Shown here in pieces: positions 22,801-35,924 of a stretch of DNA of 64,000 nucleotides. Source of the DNA: Lingula anatina (lineage: Eukaryota; Animalia; Brachiopoda); the NCBI GenBank assembly GCA_051362555.1, contig CM120642.1, positions 11,222,001 to 11,286,000 on the forward strand, read 5' to 3'. The translations under genes were made by a program, and so were the position numbers. Position 1 is the first letter of the stretch, and the number at the start of each line of letters is the position of its first letter. The notes beneath the pieces were generated by a model. That model did no database searches and was not told where the DNA came from. It saw only the letters and a list, made by a program, of their open reading frames with translations.

Positions 22801-25800
22801 CAATGCCACAACCATTAAAAGTCCTGGTCCAAAAGAAGATGGTAAAAAGAATATTGAAAAATTAAGTGAACGCCGTGCAGTTGATTCTGGTGATGATGGC
22901 ACAGAAACCAAAGGGTGTAAAAAGAAAATGAAAAGGAGTGTTTCTTTTTCAAAGTCAGATAGTGTCCTTTCTGAAAAAAATGATACAGAGGTGATGATGA
23001 ATGATCCATTTCCAATGACAAGCACACCAAAAGAGCCTGAAAATAAAGAACAGCAAAGAGTTTTCAAGCTGAGGAAGAACTTGCATGTTCCAAAAGCAAT
23101 TGAGGAGAGCCCTTGGGCCAAGAAATCGTGTAGTGTAACTTCTTCAGATAGTCTCCCTGAGCTTGAAGAAACTACTAAACCTTTTCCCCCTCTGGAAGAA
23201 ACTAACAAAACAAAGGGGGTTTTCTCAGGTGACTCTAAAAACAAAAAATTGAAATATTCCAGTCCAGTAGCAAGTCTTCAACTGCATGTCATGGATCAGG
23301 GTATGGTCTTCAAAGGTAAAGCAAAGAAGAGATCCAAAAAAGGGAAACGTGGAAGACAATCAGTGCTAGATCTAAATAATAATGAAAGTCAAACTCTAGT
23401 TCCATTCGTTTCTTCAGCACAAGGTGCAACAGAAAATACCCTATCAGTAAAGACTAAAGCCAGTTTATCTAGTAACTTGTTAAACCAACAAAATAAGCTA
23501 TTATGTGCCACTACTGGTACAACACCAGTGAGTACAACTGATGCAAAGAAACCTGGAAAGGCTGCTACAGGTACTACTATAGATGATGGTGGAACAGATA
23601 ATATTCCTGTTGTTTTGCTGAAAAGGATTGATGATGTTGCTAATTCACCACTGCAGCCAGTTGCCAAAGAACAAGTTTTAACAGACAATAGGGCAGCTGA
23701 TGATGATAAAGAATCTGATACATCTGAGATCTGCCTTTGTTCCAGTGTGACAACAGCCAGAGAGACCAAACTGGCAAAATTGGATACCAGCAATATGGAC
23801 AACAGCTCTATTCTGTCAACACAAAAGTGGTATTGTTCAAAGGAAAATGAGCCCAAAGGAAGTCAGGGGACTACACTAAGTGGGCAAACTGATTTAGGCC
23901 CCACGAAACAGCCAATGAGAACAGCAGATGAATTAAACACGAGAGATCAGCCAAATGTAGAAGACACTACCCTTGAAGCTAATGTTAAAATTGCTTTAGC
24001 TGAAGCAGACTTAAGAACCATCAGTCAGAATCATCCAGTCTCCACCATTACAACATTGTCTTCCAGTGTTTCATCTAACCCTACCTCAGTGGCAGAAACC
24101 ACACCCAAGAGAATAAAGAATGCTGTTGATGGCATGCAAGAACAAGCCAATGTGTCTTCTACACCTGTATATGTAATCATATCAGGACAATCTGATGTTG
24201 AAGGGGACAGCCAGGTAACTGGGGCTTTAACAGTGAAACATTATATGGAGGCCTCAGGATCATCAAGCAGAAAGGCCCAAGAAACCAAAGAAACTGCTTT
24301 TTCTCATACCCAACCATTGCAAACTGATGATCTGAAACCTAATTCCATATGTATGAAGTTAGGACAATCTGAAGCACAGACCAGAGTGAAACCAGCAGTT
24401 ACCTCATTTCAGACTGAGCCATTGTTGCCTTTGGTAGTGCAAGCAAATTCAGCTTCAGGTGTACAAAAAACAAGCTGTAAAACACCTCTAAAATCTGAGC
24501 AATCAACAGCAATATGTAAAGCTGCTGTGGAGCGCACCTTGGATGTGACAAAACACCAAGAGAAACCATCACTGCCAACAGGGCTCTCTAGCAAGATGCA
24601 ACATTCCAATCCAGCTACTACTGCACCAAAGACACATAATGGCCTGAATACTGCAGTGTTCTCTAATGGCCAACAGCCAGCATCTCCTGTTCAAAGGATA
24701 GGATTGGGTCCTGTTGTTGGTAGCCCAATTATAATACCGTTGACAGCCCTGGGCTTTAGCAGTGCCATTACTCCCCAAACTACTACAACATTAATGTCTA
24801 CTGCCAGTGCCCTATCTCCTATGTCAACAGACCCTAGACTAAACAGGTCTCTCACCATAGGTCAGTTAAGGGATCCCAGGATGAATGTGGCTCAACATGT
24901 TAATAGCCCAGCAACATCAAATGCATTCAGGCAGAACCTGATCCAGATGTCAAGTTGGAAGCCCATTGCTCACCAGGCTTACCCCTGCATACATGGTTGG
25001 CTTAGCCCTACTAAGAGGCAGTCTGGTTCTGAGGTAATGTATGTCAGCATATTGATGTGTTTAATTTTTGATGTGAATATTATTTTTGCCTTGTTCAGAG
25101 ATTTTTAACTGTGACCAAGTGTATTGTAGATTTGTATTTCAGTAGTATGTCTTGAGAAAGTGCTTGAAGATATGTCTTCCATTTGCAAATATCTGAGCTG
25201 CATGTGTAGACAAATGGTTGAACATGTTTAATTAAACTACAGGGTTACTTGAAAGTGCCATCCAAGTCTGAAACAAAAAGGGACATGGTAACACAGACCT
25301 GCTTAGAAAAAACAGTGCATACGGGTAGTGACAAGAGACAAAGAGAAGCTGAAAGGTAAATGATTTCATAAATTGACTATACTAATAGGAAAATCTGTAC
25401 TATGTACTATGTTCATTTCATATGTTAAAAGACTTTACCAAGAAAGTTATATAAAGGTATAATGGGTGTCTAATGCTGCAAATTCACTCACCTTATCTGG
25501 TCCCCCGTTAATTCTGAGGTGAATGTCAATTCTGTAATTCTGTGTTGCTTTTAGATCAAACATCACCCAACCTGCCAGTGAACCACCTGCAAAACTTCTA
25601 AGACTGGGTCCAGAAAAGACTGGTGCCTTTCCAAAACACCAACACAGTGTCGCTCTCACCTCTTCTACACTACAAGGTCAGCATATGGACAGCACCAGCA
25701 AGCAAGAATGTGCGAGTCTTCCATCTTCAGTGACAAGCCAAAGTCTTGGGACCCTCCCTGCAGCCTCCATAGTACAGGTTCATGGCAATTTGCCTACTGT

Positions 25801-28800
25801 TTCTGTTACTCTCGGTCTTGGCAATCAGCTTCCTGTTTCTGTAGCTCAGGGTTGTGGCAGCCAGCCTCTTGGCAAAGTTCTTCCAGTTTCTGTACCCCAG
25901 GGACATGACAGTCTTCCTGTTGTATCTACAATTCAAGGTTACAATTTTTCCAAAACTGCCCCCAGAGTTCAGAGTGGAATTCGTGTGCTGACTTCATCTT
26001 TTGGACAGAATAATGCAAGCATATCTGCACCACTTACAGTCAGTCCAGTAGCATCTGTTCAGAACAGTAGCAGTCCAAATGTTGGCATTACCAGCATGTT
26101 TCGATTTCATATTGATAAGGGCCATCAAAAGGTAATTCCTTCTGGTCAGAGTCAGGCCTTTCCAAATAACCGGATTCCCAGAGTTCCTGGTGTTCAAAGT
26201 CATCAATTTTCTGGAGGCCAAGCATTTCCAAGAGGTCTGGGCCAGACATTTCCAAAAGGGCAACCAATTCCAAGAGGACAAGCTGGCACATTTCCAAGGG
26301 CCCAAGGTCAAGCACGTCCTAGAGGTCCAACATTTCCTAGAGGTCCAAGTCAAGCTTTTCCCAGAGCCAAAGTCTTACCGAGAGATCTTTCCAGGACAGT
26401 TTCTGGGAGAATAAAGAAACCTGGTGGAAGACATGATATGAAGACACGAGGTACAATCTCAGAAGTACATATTGCACGTGGTTGGTGATCTGTGGATAAG
26501 TTTATTTTGTACATGTCTACAAAAATTTCGTATTTATGTAATTGTAGAGATTCTAACACACTGGAATTTGGTAGTACTTATATTTTAGCACTGGGATCGT
26601 TATATCAATCTTTAGCGAAAGTGGGTTTGTTGTGTGTGTGTTTGGACAGGTAGGCAGGGTGTCATGTGTCTGCTTTTCTGTACAGCTTGCTATGTTTCAG
26701 CTGTAAGTCCTTCCCATCCACTGTACCATATCCTGAAGAACTACATGTCTGGTACAGGAGAGCATGACCACACCAATGCAGGCAATGAGAATGTGAGTTT
26801 CACTCCTGGAACCAGTATTGAAACATCCAGAGCCAGCCTTGGGGATAGTAGTTCATCCCCAGAGGGAAGCAGTATTAAAGCACCCATTGCAAACCATGAG
26901 TTGGGCAGTTTAACTCCAGGGGCAAGTAGTTTATCATCAAAAACAAAACATGAGACTGTCAGTCTCATTTCAAGTTGCAGCACATCTAAGAAATCCAAGA
27001 GGCGTCTGGACATGCAAGGTTAATTTAAGAAAAAGCATTTTCTCTCTTATCTATCAAATAGTTATGAGCACATAGGTTTTATATGCATTACGCGCCTTAT
27101 TTGATGTTTATTTTAATTCAAATTACAACTATTCTTCAAATGAATGTGAACAGTTGTGGACATTTTAACATTTTTTCAAACATCGAGGTAGTATTTTCTC
27201 CTTTTTTTATAAGAAAATTTTGTTGTGAGTAATGATGTCATACCAGATGCATGTTCTTCATATATTACAGACTCCGCAAGACATAGCCATAAAGAAAAAG
27301 ACGAAGTTATTCAAACGAGAAAGCATACTCCTTCCCACTCCACTGGCACATCTGACAACTTGGTAGTTATAAGTGACAGTGAAGATGAGCAAACAGAAGA
27401 TACCTCTCAAATTCAGGAGAAACATGTAGATGAGGGGAAACCATCTTGCAGCTATGATGCTGAATCTAGCAACCCCTCTGCATCCAAAAGTACACCAAGG
27501 ATGAATACTGTCAAGGGAAAGTTAACACCATCTTTACCAATCAAGGGCAAGTCCAGGACCTCCCTCCTCACCGAGAGTTGGGTACAGGGGGAGACTCCCC
27601 ATGAAGTTGATAGTCCCAAAACCCCAACTAAGAGCACGTTGAACACATCCAAGCCATTAACTCCTTCCACCCCAGGGTCTCAAGGGAAGAGAAAAGGGAG
27701 ACCCCCTGGTTCCGGTAAAACTCCAAATAAGATCCCTAAGAAAACCCCCACAAGCTCCCAAAAGAACAAGTCCCGAGGAACTCCCATCAGCAGGAAGACA
27801 AGGCTGAGCATATCTAGTCTGGACACTGTGGGAGGTAGGTGCTAGTAGATGAAAATGTGGCTATTGGCTGTACTGCCATTGGAAATATAGCTAGAGACAA
27901 AGTAGGGTCAAAAATGTAAACACAATGACAAAAGGGTGGGGGGAGAGGCAAGTGGGGTTTAAAAGGTATTATTATACATTTGCAAACTTAAAGACAGTCT
28001 CAGTGCGTTAAACCCTTAAAATAGCACGAAAATGAATTTTCCTGGAAAACTCACCAATTTCCCCATAATGACCAAAGTATATCCTATCCAAAACCGTTCA
28101 GAAAATGAAGCTACCTAATACCGTTTTTAAGTTCCATTAAATAATAAAAGACGACTCGTCTTAAATACTCAGCTACCACCTCACAGTACGGCTTCAGAAC
28201 GCGCAATTTCTCGCTAAGTCTTGCGGTTTACTATGAATGAAGTACTACGGCTGAGACCCGGATGTTACTATTTGGCGCCAAAACAGCAAACATGGCTCAG
28301 ACGCGTGTCAAGTCTGAACAGGAGAGCGACAAAAGGGGGCGAAAGAAAATAGCCACTCCAGTTCGAAAGATACGAAAGAAAATTAGAGACAGACGAAGAA
28401 GCACTCAGACTGTGTATGTTGGGAGGGAGGTGGGGCGGTGGAGGACACTTAAAGCTGAGTTAGGACTCACATACGAGGCAATGGCCAAACTACTCCTCGA
28501 CACGTGAGTATGCGCTTCACAGGTCTCAAGTGTGTCTGATTATCATATTATCCTGTTCACAATAAATGACAATATTTGTGCTCATACAAAGTTGGTTACG
28601 TGTATAAGAGCGTTTTGGGCTTTACGTTTTCTGTTTTTGATCGGTACATGTACCGAAAAGATGGACAGGCGGCACTTACATGTCTGACAAGTTTCGCTGT
28701 GTAGTCGTGACGTCTATCTCATGCTGACTGAAGCCTGCTGTGATTGGTCGTAAGCGTGGGAAAATCGAGGTCGTGACCTTGAGCCGGAAGTACTTCTGGC

Positions 28801-30688
28801 TGTGCTCCGAAATAATGATAAATAGTTTTCGTTTTCTAATTCTTTATTCTAGTTGTCTTAACAGGACTTTTGTGACCCAGACTTATTCATATAATAATAA
28901 ACAGTCTCCCAAAACACAAATCTGATCAAAGTTTTACATAGAACCTGCTTCTATACATTAATCTAACCCACTGAGTTGTCCTTTAAGCTATTTCATATCA
29001 TAAAAAATATGTCAATGTATTTTTATCCAAATTTATTTGATCATTATTTTTGTTGCCAATGCATATTTTAACGGTGTATAATAAATTGACTTACAGGTGA
29101 TAGCTCCGATGATGAGTGTGCTGTGCCTCTTGCCAGAAGTGTCTGTTCATCTGGAGAAAAATTACCAGTAGCAAGGAGGGGATTTCAGTATAGAAAGGTG
29201 AGGAAAGTGCTGTTTTTTTTCTGTGATGTTTTGCTCATGCAAAAATGTTGTATTAGTTATTATTTTATATCTTAGCATTAATTTTATGAATGATATATTT
29301 ATGTCCAAACATTTTTAAAGGTAGGAGACAAAAATGAAACAGCTCTTTCACTTTGTATACAAGGACAGGAATAATATGATAATCCAAAATATTTTAGGAA
29401 GCACAAATTAACTGTGCTTACATGTAACTCCTATTCCATTCAAATTTGATATTGTATCATTCTTTCAAGTTTCATTGAGGATTCATTTATTTTTTTTTTT
29501 ACAGAAATGCCTTAAGTTGGTTGATAAAATTCTTGAACATCCCTCTAGCATTCCCTTCATGCAAGAAGTAGACAAAAAAGAGGTTAGATTAATTTTATTC
29601 TGCAATATTTATTAAAGATCCAAAAATTTAATATTTAATTACCTCTTATTTCTTAATATTAATATGGGCTGAAGTCCACAAAAAACTGGAATATTTCTAT
29701 GTTCTAGTCATAGATGGATAATTTTTCCTATAGAAAATTGTAGTTCACTAAAATTTAAAAAGGAAAATAGTAATTAAATTGTTAATTCATTTTAACAAAA
29801 GACTAAAAGGAATGATTACAATTTGTATATCATTTCTCAGTTCCCAGACTACCACTTGCTGGTGGCGCGCCCTATGACTCTCCAGAATGTCCGCTATAAG
29901 TTGGTTCAAATGAAGTACCAGAACATGGACCAGTTTGTGCATGACATGCGCAGAATATTCTTCAACTGCAAACTCTATAACCAGGTAACATAGACAAGAT
30001 ATAAAAAGTTCCAGTGCCAATTAACCAGCATTTTGATGAAATTCCGCATCTGCATATATATGCAGCTTATAATAATCTGTACAAATTACTTAAGAATGTA
30101 TTTGAAAGTTTTATTTTAATATGGTATTAAAATGGTTTGCAAGAAAGTGTAAAATCTCATTCAATTTACGGACATGGTGATATGAAATGACTTATTTGTT
30201 AATTGATTCAATATGTTTTAGCCTGAGTGTCTGGTCATGGTTCAATGTCAAGAAATAGAGCACCTGTTTGAGGCGCTGCTGGCACGGATGTTTCCAGACA
30301 TGCAGTTCACAGGTAACAGTGAAAATCATTGAATCACTAATTAGCAACATTTTCATATCCAATTGAAAAAAAATGTGAAAAAAAGCTGTTGTTTAATAAA
30401 GTGCTGTATCTTTTTGTAAATTAATTAAGTTAAATACAAATATAAAGATGTTTGCCCTTTATTTTACATTTTAAATCCCTTTCAATAACAATTACCCAGT
30501 ACTTTCAAAATTTAAATGTTTCAAAATCTGCTATGACTTGCATTTGTGATATTTCCTTAGATATCCATGGAGACCCCAAAGAGATGGACATTTTGAATGA
30601 GAGGCAGTATTCACTAGAGGGTGTTGAAGCTGAGTGTGAAGAAGAGCCAATCAGACTTAGTGGAGAGGTCAAGCGGTTATTCTTTTAA
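18941..30688 (+). CDS. Large (~2200 aa) low-complexity protein with an AT-hook and a single C-terminal bromodomain, 11 coding exons
   Basis: Exons 18941-18973 (tentative), 20924-25033, 25243-25355, 25555-26480, 26701-27018, 27271-27834, 29097-29197, 29505-29582, 29841-29984, 30222-30312 and 30561-30688 give one open frame. Bromodomain: CLKLVDKILEHPSSIPFMQEVDKKEFPDYHLLVARPMTLQNVRYKL..YQNMDQFVHDMRRIFFNCKLYNQ. AT-hook: KRKGRPPGS. Confidence 0.85.
20220..20345. repeat. Short degenerate intronic tandem repeat: three copies of ttgttttaatctagttgatctg, spaced ~35-65 bp
   Basis: atctagttgatct recurs at ~20229, ~20293 and ~20328. Confidence 0.7.
27992..28982 (+). mobile_element. Non-autonomous Kolobok-like DNA transposon (TTAA target) in a bromodomain-gene intron
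   Basis: TTAA at 27988-27991 and 28983-28986. Imperfect TIRs begin AG (agacagtctcagtgcgtta / aggacaactcagtgggtta). The interior is CpG-rich, unlike the host intron. Confidence 0.75.
28292..28503 (+). pseudogene. Transposon-borne first exon encoding a basic region plus VYVGREVGRWRTLKAELGLTYEAMAKLLLD (ribbon-helix-helix-like motif)
   Basis: Kozak-like AAACATGG, an open frame, and a strong donor AC|GTGAGT at the end. No downstream transposase exons lie inside the element. Confidence 0.6.
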
Positions 30689-30743
30689 TGCACCTGCAAA
30701 GAAGCACCGTGGAAAGTGGACAGATAAACCCTAAAAACAAAGT

Positions 30744-31178
30744 CAGGCCTTAAAAGTGATAATTTCCAGTTGCTAACATGAGCTTTAGATTTGGGAGCAC
30801 AAATGCAGAAATTAATGACTCCAGTCACAAATTAAGTATCCCATCGTAAAATTAGTTGCCACAAGGACAGTATTTAATTACACAAACAATGTGACCAGCT
30901 TCCATCCAGGTCTCTGACTGTATACGTAGGACCCCCAACAGGTTCATATTTATCAACCATTATGCGTATTAATATGTCAGCAATGTACGTGATCCCAGCA
31001 ATACCCGGCTCATACGGAACATACTGAATGAGTAGATAAGCGGATAAACAATTTGTGTGGCAACTAATTTTTCATTGGGGTACTTAATTCCTGACTAGAA
31101 TCGTTCATTTGGGCATTTGTGCTCACAAACCTGAGGCTCAAGTAAGCAAATAGTCACCTATTCTATTTGTAAGGCCTG
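30744..31178. mobile_element. Foldback MITE with ~120-bp imperfect TIRs (CAGGCCTTA...TAAGGCCTG) just downstream of the bromodomain gene stop codon
   Basis: Arms gagcacaaatgc/gcatttgtgctc, aattaagta/tacttaatt and aaaattagttgccaca/tgtggcaactaatttt are reverse complements. Confidence 0.8.
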
Positions 31179-33394
31179 TTAGTGGAGAGGTCAAGAGGGC
31201 AATGGATCGGTTTCTAAAGTGCTATATTATGAAGCAAAACATAAAACCTTGCTACATACTTGTCACTTAAGGGAGAATGATTCATAGTCTGAACACGTTT
31301 TTTTTTTCAAAACAGTGACAGACAGATTGATTTTGTGGAGAACCATTAAATATCAACTAAAACAAGTGTTTTACTTGCGAATGGACAGTTGTCTAACGAG
31401 AAGTTGAAAAGAAAAAGATGTTTTATTGGTGAATGAAACGCCATTTTTCAGTTTTAGAGAAATTATTCCACCCATTCAAGCAGTAGTTTATTTTTCTTCT
31501 TCTTCTCATGTTCTTGCCTTCATCATCTGTATGGACACGTGGAATTATTCACATGTCTGTTGGCATACCTGGAAATGCCATTTACAATATTTTGATCTGT
31601 TTACCGTTTCAAGCAAGTTTTAAGATAAACACATAAGAAAGTTAATTTGGCACCTCGCTTATTTCATCCCGATTTCCCAGGTAAGGGATGAAGTTCTTTC
31701 CTGTTGTTTCCAATTTTATTCCTTTTAAAAATATTTTTATTTTAGAATTTGGCATTCTTTTTAGTGCAGACTGCTTTAAAGTATGTCAGACACCAGAAGT
31801 TGAATCCATTATATTCCCAAATCTGCATGTAAACAAATAATATTTTGATTAAAACTTTTATTTTTTATTATTAATAACTTCGTCTTATTTTTCCTCTGAG
31901 TCAGTATATATTCCTGGGCTAATAACCCTTGTCAACATTTATAGCATCTATGAATCACAAAAGTCCACACATATGTGCATTTTGTATCTACTATATGACT
32001 GGAGATAAAAATGCTCGGGAACAAGTCAACATAAAAACACAACCAAATCCATATCCTTACAATGTATAATTTTATTTCATGTTGGTCTTTCACAAATCAT
32101 TACTATATATTTATGCTGCATCTTAATAGTATGAAAACATTGTTCTTAAAACTGAAAACAAATTAAAAATAATATTTGAGGATATTTGGGTCATATCTTT
32201 TACTCACCTTCCAATAAATTTATTTCTATATGAATCAATATACGTTCCAATTGCATGGTGGTAAAAAAAATGATAAGAGAAATAATTTCTTCCTCTTCAA
32301 AGTTACACCTTTTTATCTTGAATCTGACCATTTTTGCAGCATGACAGAATGCTGACTGCATAATGTGCATTTTAAATATTACAAACCCCTGCACATTTCT
32401 GTTTTATACCCTTTTTCTGCTAGTATACATCACTACAAGTAAAGCACTAGAACTGTTATCATGCTCTATGCTTCTCAAATACTCGCACTTTTTATATTCC
32501 ACCTCCAGAAATAAGTCTACCATTAGGACTTGTTGAGTATATCATATTCATGTATTATGCATACAGTATTAAAAATCAGTTTCTCTAAACAACTATTTTC
32601 TATAAAGGTACAAAAGGTAATGGTTTGGGTTACAGCACGAAATCCTTCATAAACAAGGTCAGTGACCTACATTTAGGCAATTTGCGCCTGGCCTGATCAG
32701 TAAGGATCTTCCCTCCTTTAAAGAGAAAAAATAGGTAGGGTCAAAACAAGATAACTATTTTGGGACTTTCATGTTGTCAGTCAACCTATTTTGCTCCTTG
32801 GAATTCAGGCTGCCAAGATTAGGTCATGCCCCTATGTTGAAAACTTTTCAGCACTGAAAATGTCTCTCTAAGTGTGTTGTTCCATTAACACAGAAATTAC
32901 CAAATCATGCACCTTAGTTTAAACTTTATTATTCATAAATGTATACTACCCAATATTCTATGAGAATGTTTAAGAATGCCAGAACATTATAATACGAATT
33001 GAAAAATAAAAGATATGAAATGGAGGATAAGCAGGAAGTCTTTGATGTTAAAAATTTAAAGTAAGAGTTATTCCACTAAACTTAAACATATGAATAAAAC
33101 AACTGAAATTCTAATTTATGCCTACCTTTATTTAGAATAAAATGTCAGTGTCCCATAATACTTCAATAGATACTATGGTGCATGACTTGAATATTCATTA
33201 AATGGGTCATACATTTTATGCCTCTAAATACAAAAAATTACATTGTACTAACAGCCAAGTGAATTTCTAATGCTCCTACTGCCTCTATGTCTGATCAGAG
33301 GGATCAGCTGTAAAATGCAAAAAGGCCTGTTGTCAGTTTCTGTGTGCAGAGGTCAGCATAACAGGGGCTGGGGGCCTTATAGTGCCTTAATTTA

Positions 33395-33653
33395 GTCCCT
33401 TTCCCAAAGACACCATGGGTCTACACAGACTGATCCAACTCTGCAGAGACTCCTGCTGAGAGCAGTCAGCTTAACTGAATGACAGACCCATTCAGGCATT
33501 AAGTAAAATACAGAAAAGTTGATGAGTATTCAAGTGCATTGGAAACGAGAGGAGGTTGTGTCCTTCAGTTAAGCTGGTTGCACTCAGCCAGAGTCCCTAC
33601 AGAGTTGGATCAATTTATGTAAACGAAAGGAAAATTTCTATGGGAATGGGTTC
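33395..33653. mobile_element. PIF/Harbinger-like foldback MITE (TTA TSD) in the probable syntaxin-6 3'UTR
   Basis: About 60-bp inverted arms (tgatccaactctg..cagcttaactgaa / ttcagttaagctg..cagagttggatca), termini related to the 9607 family, and TTA on both sides. Confidence 0.75.
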
Positions 33654-34547
33654 TTACTCTCCGGCCACAGATGTCGCTGCAGTCTAGTGGGTAACTAAAT
33701 TTATGAAAAGACACCTGTGAGATTCGAGAGGATCTGAATGAACGCTTTTTTCACCAGACATTTCCTTTGCATTTAATGGGGATGTTTTCATGCCTAGGTG
33801 TTGAATAGCGTGTATCCCTGTCTGTGTTACGTTATGTACTTATAGCTTTAAAAATTAGGTCAAGCAAGGAGTCGTTCTTACTTCAAATACCCAGCTGTGA
33901 TTACACTCAACCCTGAAATTATCCCCTCTGCTGCTGTGCCAGCTTTTTAGGGTGGAGTCAAGGCAGGGAAGTTACATAAGAGTAGACAGCTTGATCATCA
34001 TTGGGGCCTTTTTATTCAATTTTGTAATTAACAACAGCGATCCCTGTGGCCAGAGATGGTGCATCAGATATAAATTTGCCCCAAATTAACTTGGTGCAAG
34101 GTGGTCATATAGGGCTTTATACTACTGAAATGATTCTAACTTAGAACCCATGTGAACAGGGCTTTTGTCTGCAATTGCACATTGTGAGCTTCACATGCCT
34201 GTTTTTCTCCTTACTGAAGATAATAAAGAGCAGTATGACAGTCAGTCTGTCCTCTTTTTGACTGTTACAATGAGTAATATGTACATTTTGACCTGTATAC
34301 AGATGGCTGCAGGGAGTTTTGTAGCCCTGCCACCAGATTTCGCCACTTCATGGACAAAATGCTCAGTTTGTCTGCTAGTAAGGCATGGACAATACTTGCA
34401 ATACTAGCCATCACCGCTGGAAGAATCATAAACAGAACACTAGATGGCTGCACATGTCCTTCACCAGTACTTGTGTTTTTACTTTGTCTTCCGTAGCAAA
34501 AAGTCTAAGTCTTTCATAAATCCCATTTTTTCTTCACAATTGGTGTT

Positions 34548-35874
34548 TCATGGTAGCGTTGCAAACAGAATGATGATGATGATGAGAATCACAAGTAATA
34601 TCCCAATGGCACACCACTGTCTTCTATCTGAAAAGAGAAAATTAATATTTTAGATGACACCATGATGAAGTTCAATGTATATATCGAACAATATTCTGAG
34701 ACTACTACTTATTGGTTAAATGTACAGTTTTGTGTTGAACCTGACTGTGACCAAGACTTTTGACTTAAAAATCAATAGAGGACATCAACACATGACAAAC
34801 ATATATACCACATTAGGACTGTAGGGCAAATTGTTTTCTATTGGTCAGATAATATTTGTGTTAAGGTCAATGCAGCTTTGCCCTAATGGCTTCAAAATGG
34901 GCAGAGATCATCTGCATGTTATGATGAACCTCCCTACAAAATATGAAGATAGACCAAATTTTTAATTATTTATTGGTCAGACAAGATTTTTGTGTTGAAG
35001 GTCAATGTGACCTGGAAATTTGCCCTACTGACCTTAAAATCAGTAGGATCATCGATGTGTGATGAGGACTCTCTCTATAAGACCAATCCACCAACATGTG
35101 CACAGCAATCAATTTATCCCTCAAAATCAAAGTGATTTTAATTAAGCCCATTAAAACCTATCTATAAAGTTTGAACTTTTTGAGTTTGGCTGTTAACTGA
35201 CAAACCAAAATAAATAAAATAAAATAACCTTCTTGGCAGGTGAAAAAATAAAAAGCAGTGTTTTTAGTACAGACTATTGATATTTGACCTTGGGAAGATA
35301 TAAACAGTCACAACAAGGTATCCTCTCACTTTTAATACTTAGTCTAAGTAAATTGAAATTATTCCATAATTACAGCACTGCAAATAACAGGAAACTCAAA
35401 TGACAGCACTGCCATCTATAAGGACAAACCTACATAATGCCAAAACAATTTTCTCAAACAGTATTTAAGTACTGTTGTTTTTTTCATTAATTAAGCTATT
35501 TTTATTCATCTATAGTAAGTGAATAGCCCCTAAAATTTTTTTCACAGCAGGCATAAAAACACAATGAGTAAAAAGTAGTGTTTAATTTTTATGCACATCA
35601 AAACCCTTTCTACAAATTTCTTAGCAAGAGAAATATGCCAAATTGAAAACGGTTACTGTGACATGAACTGACTTTCTGTGCTATGTAAAACCCTCACTTG
35701 TTTTTGGCAACTCATTTGAATAAGTTGCAATGTGCATCCAGCAACAACCTTACATTGGAGTAATGATTTTGCAATGTGTGTGCAGGACTAGGTCATTTTG
35801 CTAGTTTTTACAAACTGGAGTGATGGTAAAATAGGTAAATTTCCAGAAATTTGAAGAAGGTGCCTTTTCGATGG

Positions 35875-35924
<50 letters not shown>

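Noticed and set aside
20743-27670. Minus-strand ORFs over the bromodomain gene exons, and plus-strand ORFs over the MYND and BRME1-like exons
   Set aside because: Antisense shadows of long coding exons with no independent features.
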